DNA of 64,000 nt from a virus. The stretch lies in the IMG/VR virus record IMGVR_UViG_3300037070_001066, positions 32,001 to 96,000 of that record, one strand, 5' to 3'. Below the pieces are notes generated by a model. It worked only from the letters and a program-made list of their open reading frames with translations, searched no databases and was not told where the DNA came from. Shown one piece after another: positions 39,911 to 50,800 of the stretch. Position 1 is the first letter of the stretch; each line of letters starts with the position of its first letter. A program made the position numbers and the translations under genes.

Positions 39911-42900
39911 TTAAAATCCACATATTTGTTTTATATCGTCAATAGACTTGTTATTTTTCTTAGCAACATCTATTAGCTCATTAAAAGTCTTATTAAGATT
40001 CTCTGAAGAGAAAGATTCATCAGAAGTGTATTTATCTAAAACGTTGAATTTGTCAGCAAGACTAAATATAACTTCTGCCTTAGTATCATCATCAACTTTA
40101 TTAAATAAAATTTCTAATTCATTGACATTAGTTTTAACATCTTGTTTACTATTAGGAGCTTCTTCTTTCTTTTTCTTGGCATTAAGCATATCTTGAAATA
40201 ATTGACTAGTTCTAGCAACTTTACCTTCTTCATTAGACTCTACAGTAATCTCCTTCTTAACTTCCTCTTTAACTTTCTTAGCAACAGGTTTGCTATTTTT
40301 AACGTCCTGATTAAGATATATATTACTATATCCTTGAAATGTAGGTTGATTAACTACAGCATTTGTTGTCAATAGTGGCATATTCTTATTTAGAAGGTAT
40401 TCTACATATGCTGGGTTATTGAAAACAAACTGACCTGGAGCATCTCTAGTTATAAGAATGTTATGTCTCTTATATTGAACATATCTCATTATAGCCTCTC
40501 TAGCTTCAGGAGAAGCTAACTCTTCTTTAGTTATAGACAATTTATGTTCAAATCCAGAACCATCTAATAAATGCATTGCTAATGAACCTAGAATTAAATT
40601 ACCGTCAGGCATTAAATTAAAACCAGTTTTAGGATTTAAACTTTTATGATATATGATTAAGTCTAATAACCTAGAAAGACTTTCATTCCTTTCATCACCT
40701 TTAGCAGTTCTTTTAACAAATCCTATCTCACCTTTCAAAGCTTCTTGTAATGAAGCACTAAGATCTGGATCTATTTCATCTAATTGTTTAAAGAATTGTC
40801 CTACAGTTAAAGCTTGAAAACTAGTCTTCTTGCCTATAGACTGAGATACTTGACTTAAAGATTTAACAATCTCATATACAGCTTCAGCTTTCTCTTCATT
40901 TATTCTAGACACATTTAGCTTTAAAGGGAATGGAGTTCCATTGTTTTGATTGACCATAAGGAAAACTTCTCCCTTAGACTTTATACCAATATTAGTTTGC
41001 ATAATATGATCTTTGTCTAATGTACTAACTAAGTTTCCTTCCCAGTTAACATAACCAGTATTCTTTTGAAAATATTCAATCTTCTGAGCTTTAGTCATAC
41101 CATCAAATACCTGTAAATCAAGTACACTGTTCATTGGAACAGGACCATCCTCTTCTCTCTGAGTTATTTTAAGGACTCCAGGGAACTGATCTATTACGTT
41201 TGATGATATACCATCAAAACCTTTATTTAATACAGCCTGAGCGATTATATTGCGTCTGAGAGGCATAGTTTGCTTCTCTAGTATCTCTTGAGAATCAGGA
41301 TGAGCTTGATTGTCTTCAGTTTTGTTTTCTATAAAAGAATGTACTTTTTTCTCTTTACCATCTTTCTTGTATGTAAACGTAACTCTAATAGGTAATTCAT
41401 CTTCAAGTAACTTAATGTCGCTTGCTGTGGCAATACCAGAAACTAAATTATTAAATGCAGCTTCGACTTCTTTAGTAGTTGTCTTAATTACTTTACCAAC
41501 ATTATTAGGATCTGCTATAGAACTTACAAATGAGAAAGTTACTCCGTCACCAGATTTATCTCTAGGAGTTCTTTCATATTCAACGAAAGATTCTAAATTA
41601 GGATATAAAGCTTTGCCAGTTTTTCTTTTTGTACTAATAACTTTAGCTCCAGCTTGAGGAGAATCTAAATCATCGTCAATTTCTTTCTCAGTTTTGTTAG
41701 CTCCAGTTTCAACTTCTTCATCTTCAACTTCATCTTCTCTAGTAGGTAATGATTCAGATTGATAATCTCCTTCTTCATCTTCAGTTACAGGAGGAACTAC
41801 GATTTCTACAACTTCTTCAGGTTCGTCTATCTTTTGAGTTTCTTCTAGTTCTGTTTGAATGTTTTTCTCTACCTCTTTTTCTACAGCCTCTTCTTCGTTT
41901 AATTGATCTTCTTTTTCTTTAATCTTCTGAGCTATAACAGGATTCTTGACTAGAGGATTAACCTTCCTATCTTTAAGATTCTGTATATCTTCCCAAAACT
42001 CTCGTTCATTATTTAATGAATTAAGAGCTTGCTTATTAATTACAGCCTTATTTATCCTATTAAGTTTATCTTTAGTGTCTTTTAAATCAGATTTAGCTTC
42101 TTGTAAGTTTTTAGATGTTCTAAGAAACTCATCTCTAACATACTTATAATCTTCCATATTAGTACCAGGCTTAATCTTGCCTAACATGTCTGCATATGTC
42201 TCAAGTATACCTTTAAGTACAGTTCTATATCCATCTAATGAATCTACAGCTTCTTCAAGTTCTTCAACTCTACGTTCTGTACCTAATTGATGTGTTAACA
42301 AAACTCCTAAGTCTTGACGATGATCTTTAAATAGATCTGAACTTTTATTTAAGTAATCTACAATATCCTGAATGGTTTCTAATTCAAGATTATTCACTTG
42401 ATTATACCTGTCAAAGATATAGTTAATTTCTTTATTTAGTTGTTTAAGTTCACCTTCAAGGTCATTGATAGCTTTTTCATACCTAGAGATGTCTTTATTA
42501 ACCTCTTCTAGCTGGTTTTCAGCCTCTCTAATGAGTTGTTTTAATATTTTGGCATTACGACCTCTAGGAGATTTATTCTCTTCTTGTAGAGCCTTAATTA
42601 AAGCCTTCTGAATTGATATAAGATTGTTTAACTCGTCTTGATGTTTAGATAAAGTCTCTTGAACTTCTTCAGCATGACTATAATATTCGTCTAATACATC
42701 TTCTAAAGTATCTTTAAAAGCTTCTTGCTCTTCAATTCTTCCTGACAATGTATCTTCTATATCATCTATTAAGTCATTAATTGCAGATGAAGTCATATTC
42801 AATGCTTTCAACTTATCTAAATTTGACTTTAAATTAGAAGTAGAATCATCATTTGATATACTTTTAGAAACTTGACTAACAACATGTTCTTCTGTTGCTC

Positions 42901-45379
42901 TATCATAATCTTCATTAGATACATGAGCAGGAAGCATCAACATATTTAACTCATCTTTTGATTGAGCAGAATCAACATTGTCTATAAACTCTTGAGCCTT
43001 AGCAACAGCTTCAGGTGAAGATGCATTTTCTTCAGCTTTCTCATGACCTATGAACTTATTAAAAGCTTCTTGAATATTGTCTCCACCTTTCCAAATATCA
43101 GCAATATCTTTCTTATGTTTTTCAACTTCTAATTTTTTAGCTTGATAATCTTTATCTATATTTTTAATTAATTCATTTGATTCTAAGGCTTCTTTTGTTT
43201 TAGTAGCTCTTTCTTCTAATTTTTCATCAGTTACTAATCCTGGTTTCATTTTACTAGTAGGGAATTCAGAAGTAGGATCATATAATTCATCTACTCCAGC
43301 TTCATCATAAGCTTTTCTTCTTTTATCTTCTAGTTTTTTTAAGTCATTTTCAGCGTTTCTAAGGGCATATTTTGAGTTAAGGTAACTTGCACTAAGTCTT
43401 TCAAAGAATTGTTCCTTATGCGCCTCCGTACCATCTCTATTGTCAAGTCTAATGACGTCTCTACTAAAGTCTTGAAACCTTTCTTTTTGAGACTGTAACC
43501 ATTTAGCGCTTTCTAATGTTTCTTTAACAAAGTTTTTAGAGTTATCTTTAGAGTCAGACTTAGCATCTCTTTCTACAATTTCATTGAATTGAGCATCTTG
43601 ATTAAGCTTTTGTTCTAACGCTTTTAAGCCAGCCTCTCCATTATGAATAGCTGGCATTATTAAATTAAATATTGCTTGTCTCTTAATTTGATCAACAACT
43701 TCTGTATTGCCAGATTGAACAGCTAAATCGAAAAGTGCAGATTGTCTCTCTGTAAAGTTTAAATTCTTGGCAACTCTTCTTACTTCTTTGTTGTCTAAAA
43801 TTCTTTCAGTAGTTTCTTCACCATTTTCATCTAACTTGTATTCAAAAGAACCGTCTTCTTTCTTTTTGTATATGTTATTTTCAAATGTAGTGTTGAAATT
43901 TAATATCTCACTATCTATGTTATCAAGAATTGCATTAGTTCTTTTTCTATTTTTAACATCTTCTTTTCTTCCTTGATAAGACATCATTGGTCCTCCAAGA
44001 ACTCCTCCTAAGAATATAGCTTTCTGTCCTTCTACTGTAGATAAAGTATTGGCATACTCTTTAGTAAACTCTCCAATTAAGTCAAATGAATTAGCATCTT
44101 TCTTTCCCAATTCACCTCTCATTGCTTTGTTTACAAACATATTCTCTACAGTGGTTTGAGAACCTTCTTCCCACAAACCTTCAGATACTCCTGCTTCTCC
44201 CCATCTTAGAGCAGCTTTACCAGCTCTTTTTGCAATACCTTTAATTCCTACTTCAGCAGTTTTTTCAAACTTCTCTGCAGCTTTACCCCATATGGCCTTA
44301 TGCATTATAGCATTAGGCCCTAACAAGATAGCGACGTTAGATACAAATGTGTCTCGCATTGCTAAAGCACGTTGAGCGCTAAAAGCTTTTTCTGCCTCTT
44401 CACCTATATTTTGAGATAATTCATTATATTGGTCTATGCTTATTTGACCTGATCTTCTTTGTTGATCAAGCTCTGTCATTCTTTTTTTATTGTATGTTTC
44501 TACAAATTGTGGCTTTTTAGCATCTAAATCATCACCAACACCTTTAGCCTCAGCTCCTGCTTCTAATAATGTATTTCCTGTTACAGATAATGCTGTGTCT
44601 ATATTTCTACCAGTCATTCCCATAAGCTTAGCAACTTGTGTGCCTTCTTCAGCTTTACCTGCCATATTAGTTAACCATCCTAATTTCTTAGAATTAGCTG
44701 CAGATTCAACAAGTTTACTTCCTAAGCCTAACTTTTCAAATGCCATTCCAGGGGCCATCATTCCTACAAGAAATCCAAGTCCATCAGCACCATCAGTTGC
44801 CCAAAAAGCTGTGGAAGATATATTGTCCCAAAGGTTACCTTCTTTCATTGCTTTAGACGCATAAACAGGAAGTAAATCTTCATTTACATTCTTGTTTAAT
44901 TTATCTACACTTTTAACCCATTCATTATTAAATATAGTGTCAAAACCTTCACCATCTTCAGCAAAAGGAGCTGCAATAGCACCAGCAATTACTCCAGGAA
45001 TTTTAGCAACCTCAGCTGCAGCTTTAGCTACTGCTCTTGTAGGAAGTTTACCTAATTGCTCCCATCCAGATTGGTTCTCAGCTCGTATATCTTCATATGG
45101 ATCTTCAGCGTTTAAATTAGCGAATTGATCAAGTAATGGATTTGTGCCAGGAGTTACTTCATCTTGATTAGACGAATTAATATTAACACTATGTCTTTCT
45201 GTATCAAAAGCATTAGAAGTAGCTGTTCTTAGTTTGCCTTTTTGAGATGACCATTGTTTATACGCATTTGTATTAGCAAGACTATCTAAAAACTTATCAT
45301 CATAACTACTTGCTGTCTTCTTTCCTTTAGGCGGATCTATTTCACTCATCTTATTTCTTTTTAGCTTGATTCTTGGCAA
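39911..45379 (-). CDS. large virion cargo/ejection protein (coiled coil, N-terminal Gly/Ala hydrophobic segments); likely start ATG 45349
   Basis: 1822 aa; EAGAEA and E...EE..Q motifs typical of crAss giant proteins; immediately upstream of vRNAP. Confidence 0.75.
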   Translation of the reverse strand: MPRIKLKRNKMSEIDPPKGKKTASSYDDKFLDSLANTNAYKQWSSQKGKLRTATSNAFDTERHSVNINSSNQDEVTPGTNPLLDQFANLNAEDPYEDIRAENQSGWEQLGKLPTRAVAKAAAEVAKIPGVIAGAIAAPFAEDGEGFDTIFNNEWVKSVDKLNKNVNEDLLPVYASKAMKEGNLWDNISSTAFWATDGADGLGFLVGMMAPGMAFEKLGLGSKLVESAANSKKLGWLTNMAGKAEEGTQVAKLMGMTGRNIDTALSVTGNTLLEAGAEAKGVGDDLDAKKPQFVETYNKKRMTELDQQRRSGQISIDQYNELSQNIGEEAEKAFSAQRALAMRDTFVSNVAILLGPNAIMHKAIWGKAAEKFEKTAEVGIKGIAKRAGKAALRWGEAGVSEGLWEEGSQTTVENMFVNKAMRGELGKKDANSFDLIGEFTKEYANTLSTVEGQKAIFLGGVLGGPMMSYQGRKEDVKNRKRTNAILDNIDSEILNFNTTFENNIYKKKEDGSFEYKLDENGEETTERILDNKEVRRVAKNLNFTERQSALFDLAVQSGNTEVVDQIKRQAIFNLIMPAIHNGEAGLKALEQKLNQDAQFNEIVERDAKSDSKDNSKNFVKETLESAKWLQSQKERFQDFSRDVIRLDNRDGTEAHKEQFFERLSASYLNSKYALRNAENDLKKLEDKRRKAYDEAGVDELYDPTSEFPTSKMKPGLVTDEKLEERATKTKEALESNELIKNIDKDYQAKKLEVEKHKKDIADIWKGGDNIQEAFNKFIGHEKAEENASSPEAVAKAQEFIDNVDSAQSKDELNMLMLPAHVSNEDYDRATEEHVVSQVSKSISNDDSTSNLKSNLDKLKALNMTSSAINDLIDDIEDTLSGRIEEQEAFKDTLEDVLDEYYSHAEEVQETLSKHQDELNNLISIQKALIKALQEENKSPRGRNAKILKQLIREAENQLEEVNKDISRYEKAINDLEGELKQLNKEINYIFDRYNQVNNLELETIQDIVDYLNKSSDLFKDHRQDLGVLLTHQLGTERRVEELEEAVDSLDGYRTVLKGILETYADMLGKIKPGTNMEDYKYVRDEFLRTSKNLQEAKSDLKDTKDKLNRINKAVINKQALNSLNNEREFWEDIQNLKDRKVNPLVKNPVIAQKIKEKEDQLNEEEAVEKEVEKNIQTELEETQKIDEPEEVVEIVVPPVTEDEEGDYQSESLPTREDEVEDEEVETGANKTEKEIDDDLDSPQAGAKVISTKRKTGKALYPNLESFVEYERTPRDKSGDGVTFSFVSSIADPNNVGKVIKTTTKEVEAAFNNLVSGIATASDIKLLEDELPIRVTFTYKKDGKEKKVHSFIENKTEDNQAHPDSQEILEKQTMPLRRNIIAQAVLNKGFDGISSNVIDQFPGVLKITQREEDGPVPMNSVLDLQVFDGMTKAQKIEYFQKNTGYVNWEGNLVSTLDKDHIMQTNIGIKSKGEVFLMVNQNNGTPFPLKLNVSRINEEKAEAVYEIVKSLSQVSQSIGKKTSFQALTVGQFFKQLDEIDPDLSASLQEALKGEIGFVKRTAKGDERNESLSRLLDLIIYHKSLNPKTGFNLMPDGNLILGSLAMHLLDGSGFEHKLSITKEELASPEAREAIMRYVQYKRHNILITRDAPGQFVFNNPAYVEYLLNKNMPLLTTNAVVNQPTFQGYSNIYLNQDVKNSKPVAKKVKEEVKKEITVESNEEGKVARTSQLFQDMLNAKKKKEEAPNSKQDVKTNVNELEILFNKVDDDTKAEVIFSLADKFNVLDKYTSDESFSSENLNKTFNELIDVAKKNNKSIDDIKQICGF

Positions 45380-47330
45380 TTCGTATCATCAATGCTTCTC
45401 TTGCATCTGAATCTACTTCTGCTCTTTGAACTAATTCTTTAGTTGGAATATTAGCGTATTGATTTTCTATTAATGCATTAGAAACTTCTGATCCTTGAAA
45501 ATTACCAGTAACTTCATTTCTACCTCCCTTATCTTTCCAGAAATCAGCTATAGCTCCAGATAAAGATTTATATCCAGCTGCTGATCCTGCATCAAAAGAG
45601 TTAGAGAATTTTTTAAGTCTAAATGTTACAGTAACAGGTTTCTCTGCTCCTCCATATTGATCGTCTTCTCCTTGAATTCCTTTTAAATCATAATCACTAG
45701 CACCTTTTCCAGTGTTAAATGTCATTGTAATCTCAGGAGTTTTACTATCTCCATATGTTTTAATATTGTTTATTTTAAATGATTTTGGATCACCATTTTT
45801 CAACAACTCTTGTATGTTAGAAACATCTTTACTATTAACATCTTTTCTATTACCACTAGGAGTTGAAATACTTGTTAAATCTAATACGTTTCCTAAACTA
45901 GGAATACCTCTTAATGTATTATAAACACCTTCATTATGTAAATTCCAAATACTTTCCTCTTTAGGATTAGTTGGCATATATGAATAGTTATGTCTAGTTG
46001 AAGAAGATTCTTTCCAAGCAGCATTTTTTATTTCAGTATATTGACCATCTATTTGCCTAAGATCATTTCTTAATTTAGCTGTTTTAATTCTTGAACTCTT
46101 ACCATTAAAGGTTGGAGCATTATATTCTATTTCAGCTAAATAATCATTATCACTCATTCCAGGTTTTCTTGGAACTTTGAATTCTTCTCCAAGTTTTTTA
46201 GCTTCTTCTTGTATTTTCTTTCTCTTCATATTAAGAGCAACATATTCTTTATTCTGATTTAATTTAGAATCTGCATTTCTTCTTAATTCATTTAAGTCTT
46301 CTAATTTAGCGGCATCTGCTGCACTAAGAGCTCCTTTTGATCCAGAAAGTCTTTTGATTTCAGTAAGAGCATCTGTGTAAGTTTTGTTGTCTACAGCATT
46401 ACTTTGTAATGTACTATCATTACTTATAATGGTTCCACTTCCAAAACCTTCTTCTGCTTTAGGATTTAAGGACTCTGGTATGCTAAAATTTTCTCCTCTA
46501 GTGTCTTCGCTTCCTGTAGATACCATAGAACCAAATTTACCTTTAGCTTGATTTTGTAAGTTTTGTAAATCTAGTCCAGCATGTTCTGCCCACTTACGTC
46601 CTTCTCCTTCTTTTTCAAACCATCTGGCATTAAATGCCTTAATAGCGTCATTAACTTGAGGAACATTAGTTGAAGTTGTAAGATTACCTTTTCTATCAGC
46701 AAACATCATTTTACCTGTAGTAGAGTCTTGGAACACTCTATACCCGCTATTAGCTAATGCTGTAGAGTTATGTCCTAAGATAGACTTAGCTTCCAATATA
46801 TCTTTATCAAAGTCTTGCTTAGCAGGTGCTCCGTAAGCTCCTATATTAGATATTTTGTTATTACTATCAAATCCTGTATAGTTATCTTTAGCATATTTAG
46901 CCCAATTCTCTTCAGCTCTAGCTTTACCTATTCCAGATTTATCTACAGCATCTTTAATATAAGCTTCTTTTTCTTTTGCATAAATTTCTTTAGCTGTATT
47001 AATTCTACCAATCTCTCCAGTAGGAGAAACTAAATCTTGTATTTCTCTATTTAGTCCTAAGGTCTTGCCTATCATATCAGGATTAACTCCTTGAGAAGCA
47101 AGTTCTGCAGCAGTGGCGTCCATTTTACCTTCAATACCTTTCTTTAACTCAAGAGCTCTTTGATAATGAACGTCTAACGGATCTACCTTAGCTAATCCAC
47201 TACGTATTGCTTCTTGCTGAGCTATTACAGCATCATGCTGCTTCCGCTTCATGGCAGGAAGCATGGCTATTTCTTCCAAAGTTAGAGGAGTGTATGCGCT
47301 AGGCGATAAATTTGTGTAACGGTTAGCCAT
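45351..47330 (-). CDS. virion internal/cargo protein
   Basis: 659 aa, Cys-free; N-terminal MANRY...Y.P pattern; position in the cargo operon. Confidence 0.65.
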   Translation of the reverse strand: MANRYTNLSPSAYTPLTLEEIAMLPAMKRKQHDAVIAQQEAIRSGLAKVDPLDVHYQRALELKKGIEGKMDATAAELASQGVNPDMIGKTLGLNREIQDLVSPTGEIGRINTAKEIYAKEKEAYIKDAVDKSGIGKARAEENWAKYAKDNYTGFDSNNKISNIGAYGAPAKQDFDKDILEAKSILGHNSTALANSGYRVFQDSTTGKMMFADRKGNLTTSTNVPQVNDAIKAFNARWFEKEGEGRKWAEHAGLDLQNLQNQAKGKFGSMVSTGSEDTRGENFSIPESLNPKAEEGFGSGTIISNDSTLQSNAVDNKTYTDALTEIKRLSGSKGALSAADAAKLEDLNELRRNADSKLNQNKEYVALNMKRKKIQEEAKKLGEEFKVPRKPGMSDNDYLAEIEYNAPTFNGKSSRIKTAKLRNDLRQIDGQYTEIKNAAWKESSSTRHNYSYMPTNPKEESIWNLHNEGVYNTLRGIPSLGNVLDLTSISTPSGNRKDVNSKDVSNIQELLKNGDPKSFKINNIKTYGDSKTPEITMTFNTGKGASDYDLKGIQGEDDQYGGAEKPVTVTFRLKKFSNSFDAGSAAGYKSLSGAIADFWKDKGGRNEVTGNFQGSEVSNALIENQYANIPTKELVQRAEVDSDAREALMIRIAKNQAKKK

Positions 47331-47883
47331 TTGTTAAAAATTTAAAAGTTGTTTTATTAATTGTTTGCCCTCTTAAATATTGACTTAATGTAATCATTAC
47401 AAAGCCATTTTCATTTGCACAATCTGCAATCGAGTCCCAAATTTTCCCAGTCTCAGTGCAAATAACTTTTTTAGCCATTCCACTATTTTTTTTAAGATTT
47501 TCTTTATGATATTCAGAATGTTTTATTCCTTTATTCCATGAAGGTTTTCCTAATTTATTTTTTGACATTTTCTTTTTAGATTTATCTGAATGTTTTAATC
47601 CAAAAGAACCTTCTCCTCCTAATGTTATATTACATAAAGTTCCGGTTCTAGAAGTTTTTCTTCCATAATAATCAATTAAAATAATCTCTAATTCTTTAGC
47701 ATCTTCTAATTCCATATCTTTTTTCAATATTTCAACTAAATAATCAGGATATTTTTTAATTGTTTTAGACCAAATATCATTTCTATGTCTTCTTTCATAT
47801 GGTCTTTTTATATTACCTATGCCTATATAAAAGACTTCTCCATTTGGTTTTATATGTCTATATATGCAATATCTATTTGCCAT
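47323..47883 (-). mobile_element. free-standing GIY-YIG homing endonuclease with NUMOD3 repeats
   Basis: CIYRH...VFYIGIG..R, E..LI..YGR, L.N.T.GGEG, HSDKSKKKMS, KVICTETGKIW. Confidence 0.88.
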
Positions 47884-50800
47884 AACTTCTTCTTGTTAAA
47901 AATCCACCATATGCTGAAACGGTAACTTCTTTACCTTCTGCATTTAAATATTTGTCTCCAGCTTTAAGTGTAGGAGGAGTTTTTCCTAATGCAGCTTCTT
48001 TCATTTTAGAAATCTCTTCTGGAGTTGCAACTTTACCTGTCTTTTTATTTACAAGATAATTACCTCTTCTATCGTATCCATACATATTAGCAACTTGATC
48101 CATTCTGTCATTTTCTAATCCAATTGCTCCAATATCATTACCTATTTGAGATGTAAACTTAGATCTTTGTGAATCATAATTTGCAATATCTTTATCATAA
48201 GTTTCTCTATCATAGTCAGATTTACCTGCATTATATTGAGCAATTTGACTTTTGTATTGTTGTTCTTGCATTGCTCTGTTTATTCTAATATTCTCAAGAC
48301 CTTCTTGCGTTTTAGATATAGCCTCATTTTGCTGTGCGCCTATACCTAACATTGCTGCTCTTTGTTGTGCTTGACTACCTCCCATTTGACCTAAAGCTCT
48401 ATACTTATTATTGTATGCAGCATTTATATCTCTCATTGCTCTAGCTTCATCTACTTGAGGCACATTGTAAGCATCATTAAGTCTAGCAGAATATGTTCCT
48501 GTAGGTTTAGTTATTTTATCTCTTTCTATGTAGTTAGATATAGCAGGATATAATCTCATTGCTGAATTAGCTGCGCCTTTTAAATCTCCAGCATTTTCAC
48601 CTAAAAATGAACTTGCATTTGGATTACTTGCATTTGCACTTATATTACCAAAATCATTTTGTAAAGTATTTCTATTTAAATATTGACTAGCTAAATCATC
48701 AGTTATGCCTTTATCTGTTAAAATACCTTCTTCGCCATATTTACCTCCTCCTAAATATTTCTTTTTAATCAATCCACCATTCTTGGCATAAGTAGGAGTA
48801 GTCTTGTCTTTATTTTGAGCTATTGTGTTTACTGCTTTCACTATATTATCATTATCATATGTTCTATAAAAATTTTCAGATTCAGCACCTGCTGCTTTAG
48901 TTCTAGCTTCAAGATCTGCTCCGTCTTTGATAACTTCTCCAGGTTTTAAACCAAGTTTAGTTCTAAATTGATGAAAGTTCCCATAAGTCTCTTCAGGAGT
49001 TTGCATGTATCTTTTTACATCTCTCTTGGCATTTTTCACCTTTTGATCATAAGGACTTCCTAAAACTTTCTGAGTTGCTGGTCCTAAGATAGAATCAACT
49101 CCCATTCCATGTGCAATCTCATGATCTACTACACCTTTACCTGCTCCTTTTTCAAATACTGTATTCTCATTTGGATATCTAGAGAATTGAGCTTGAGTTC
49201 CATCTCCAGGAGTTCCTGCGCTTATTGGCACATTTAGACCGTGAGCTATTAAAGGATTTAATACATTAGAATCCATTCCTGTATTCTGAGTAAATCTTCT
49301 TCTAGTTTCAGGATTGTTGTACCAGTTTTGAATATTATTTCTTGCAGAGATAACTTCTTGGTCGTTGCCTGTGTATGGTTTTATTTTTTCATTTAAACCA
49401 ATTCTTCTAGGTTCTTTTCTAGTTCCTGAAGCAGTTGCTTGAACTATTCCAGTTGTGCTTGGTATTGCATACATTCCATATTCTTGTGGCAATGTAGGTC
49501 TAGACATTTTGTTTACACCAAGTATATCATTAGGTTTATTGTAGAAATCATTAGCATTATATTTAGGAGGATTTATATGACCACCATCTGCAAAACTATC
49601 TTTAACAGTTGAATATCTTTCTTTTAATTCTATTTTAGGATTTATTTTTCTAGCTTTTTTAGCATATTCATCAATCATTCTTTTTTCCCTGCTGCCTTGA
49701 TCAATTGTTTCTGACAACATTTGAGGAACTCCTCCTGGTAATATTCCTATAATATCAGCAGGATTGTAAGATTTATTATTATTATACGAGTCATAAATAC
49801 CATACATAGATCCAACATTACCTGGAAATTTTGAAAGGACACCTCTATTTAACAATTTACTTGACACTTGCAATGCGTCTGCACCTCTTTGTACTGTATT
49901 AGTATCGTCTTCTGAAGTAACTTTTCCTCCACTTGCATATTTAGAAGGCTTATGTGTAATATAACCACCCATTGCAGCTACACGTTCTTCTGCAGGACCA
50001 CCTATACCTGTCCATGCACTTGAATTAGGCATACCCGCATTAACTTTATTAATCAACATATCTTGGCCTTCAGCTATATTCTTTTTAGCCTTTTGTGAAC
50101 CAAAATATCCTGACGCTCCACCTATAACTGCACCTGCTGCTGCACCCCAAGGCCCAAACATCATACCAGCTGAAGCTCCTTGTACAGCTCCTGACGCTAT
50201 AGCACTACCAGCCTTTGGTGAAGTATTACCAGTTTTAGCAGTATTGTATAGATCAAATGCTGTTCCAGCTGCTTTCATATAACTTCCAGCACCACTTAAC
50301 ATCCCTGACGTAGCATCAGCTCCGCCTGCAGCAGCTCCGGCTCCAGATCCAGTTAAACTAGTTGGCATAGCAGGAGCCTCAATAGACTGAGGCATAGATT
50401 TACTTTGATCATACATACTACTAAACATACTACCATAAGAACCTCCATTATCAAATGATTGTTGTTCTCCAGCATATTCTTCCATTCCTTCAGGAACTTC
50501 TGTATTTTCAGGAGCAACTTGCTGAGAGTTCATCTGCATAGCTTGTTCTAGTTGCTCTTGCTGAATTCTCTTTTGTTCAGCTAACTGTGTGGCTCTTTTT
50601 GTAAACGCATCTAAAGTTTCTTTATCAGCTTTACTACCAGCTTTATCTTTAAACTTACCACTAAGTTTACCCATGTATTCACCAGCAGTTACAGGAACTC
50701 TACTAGATGGTAGTCCAGCTGCTTTAATCTCTTCAGGAGACCATACTTGTCTATCTGAAAATATATACTTAGATCCTGTAGGTTTTTCTGTAGGAACGCC

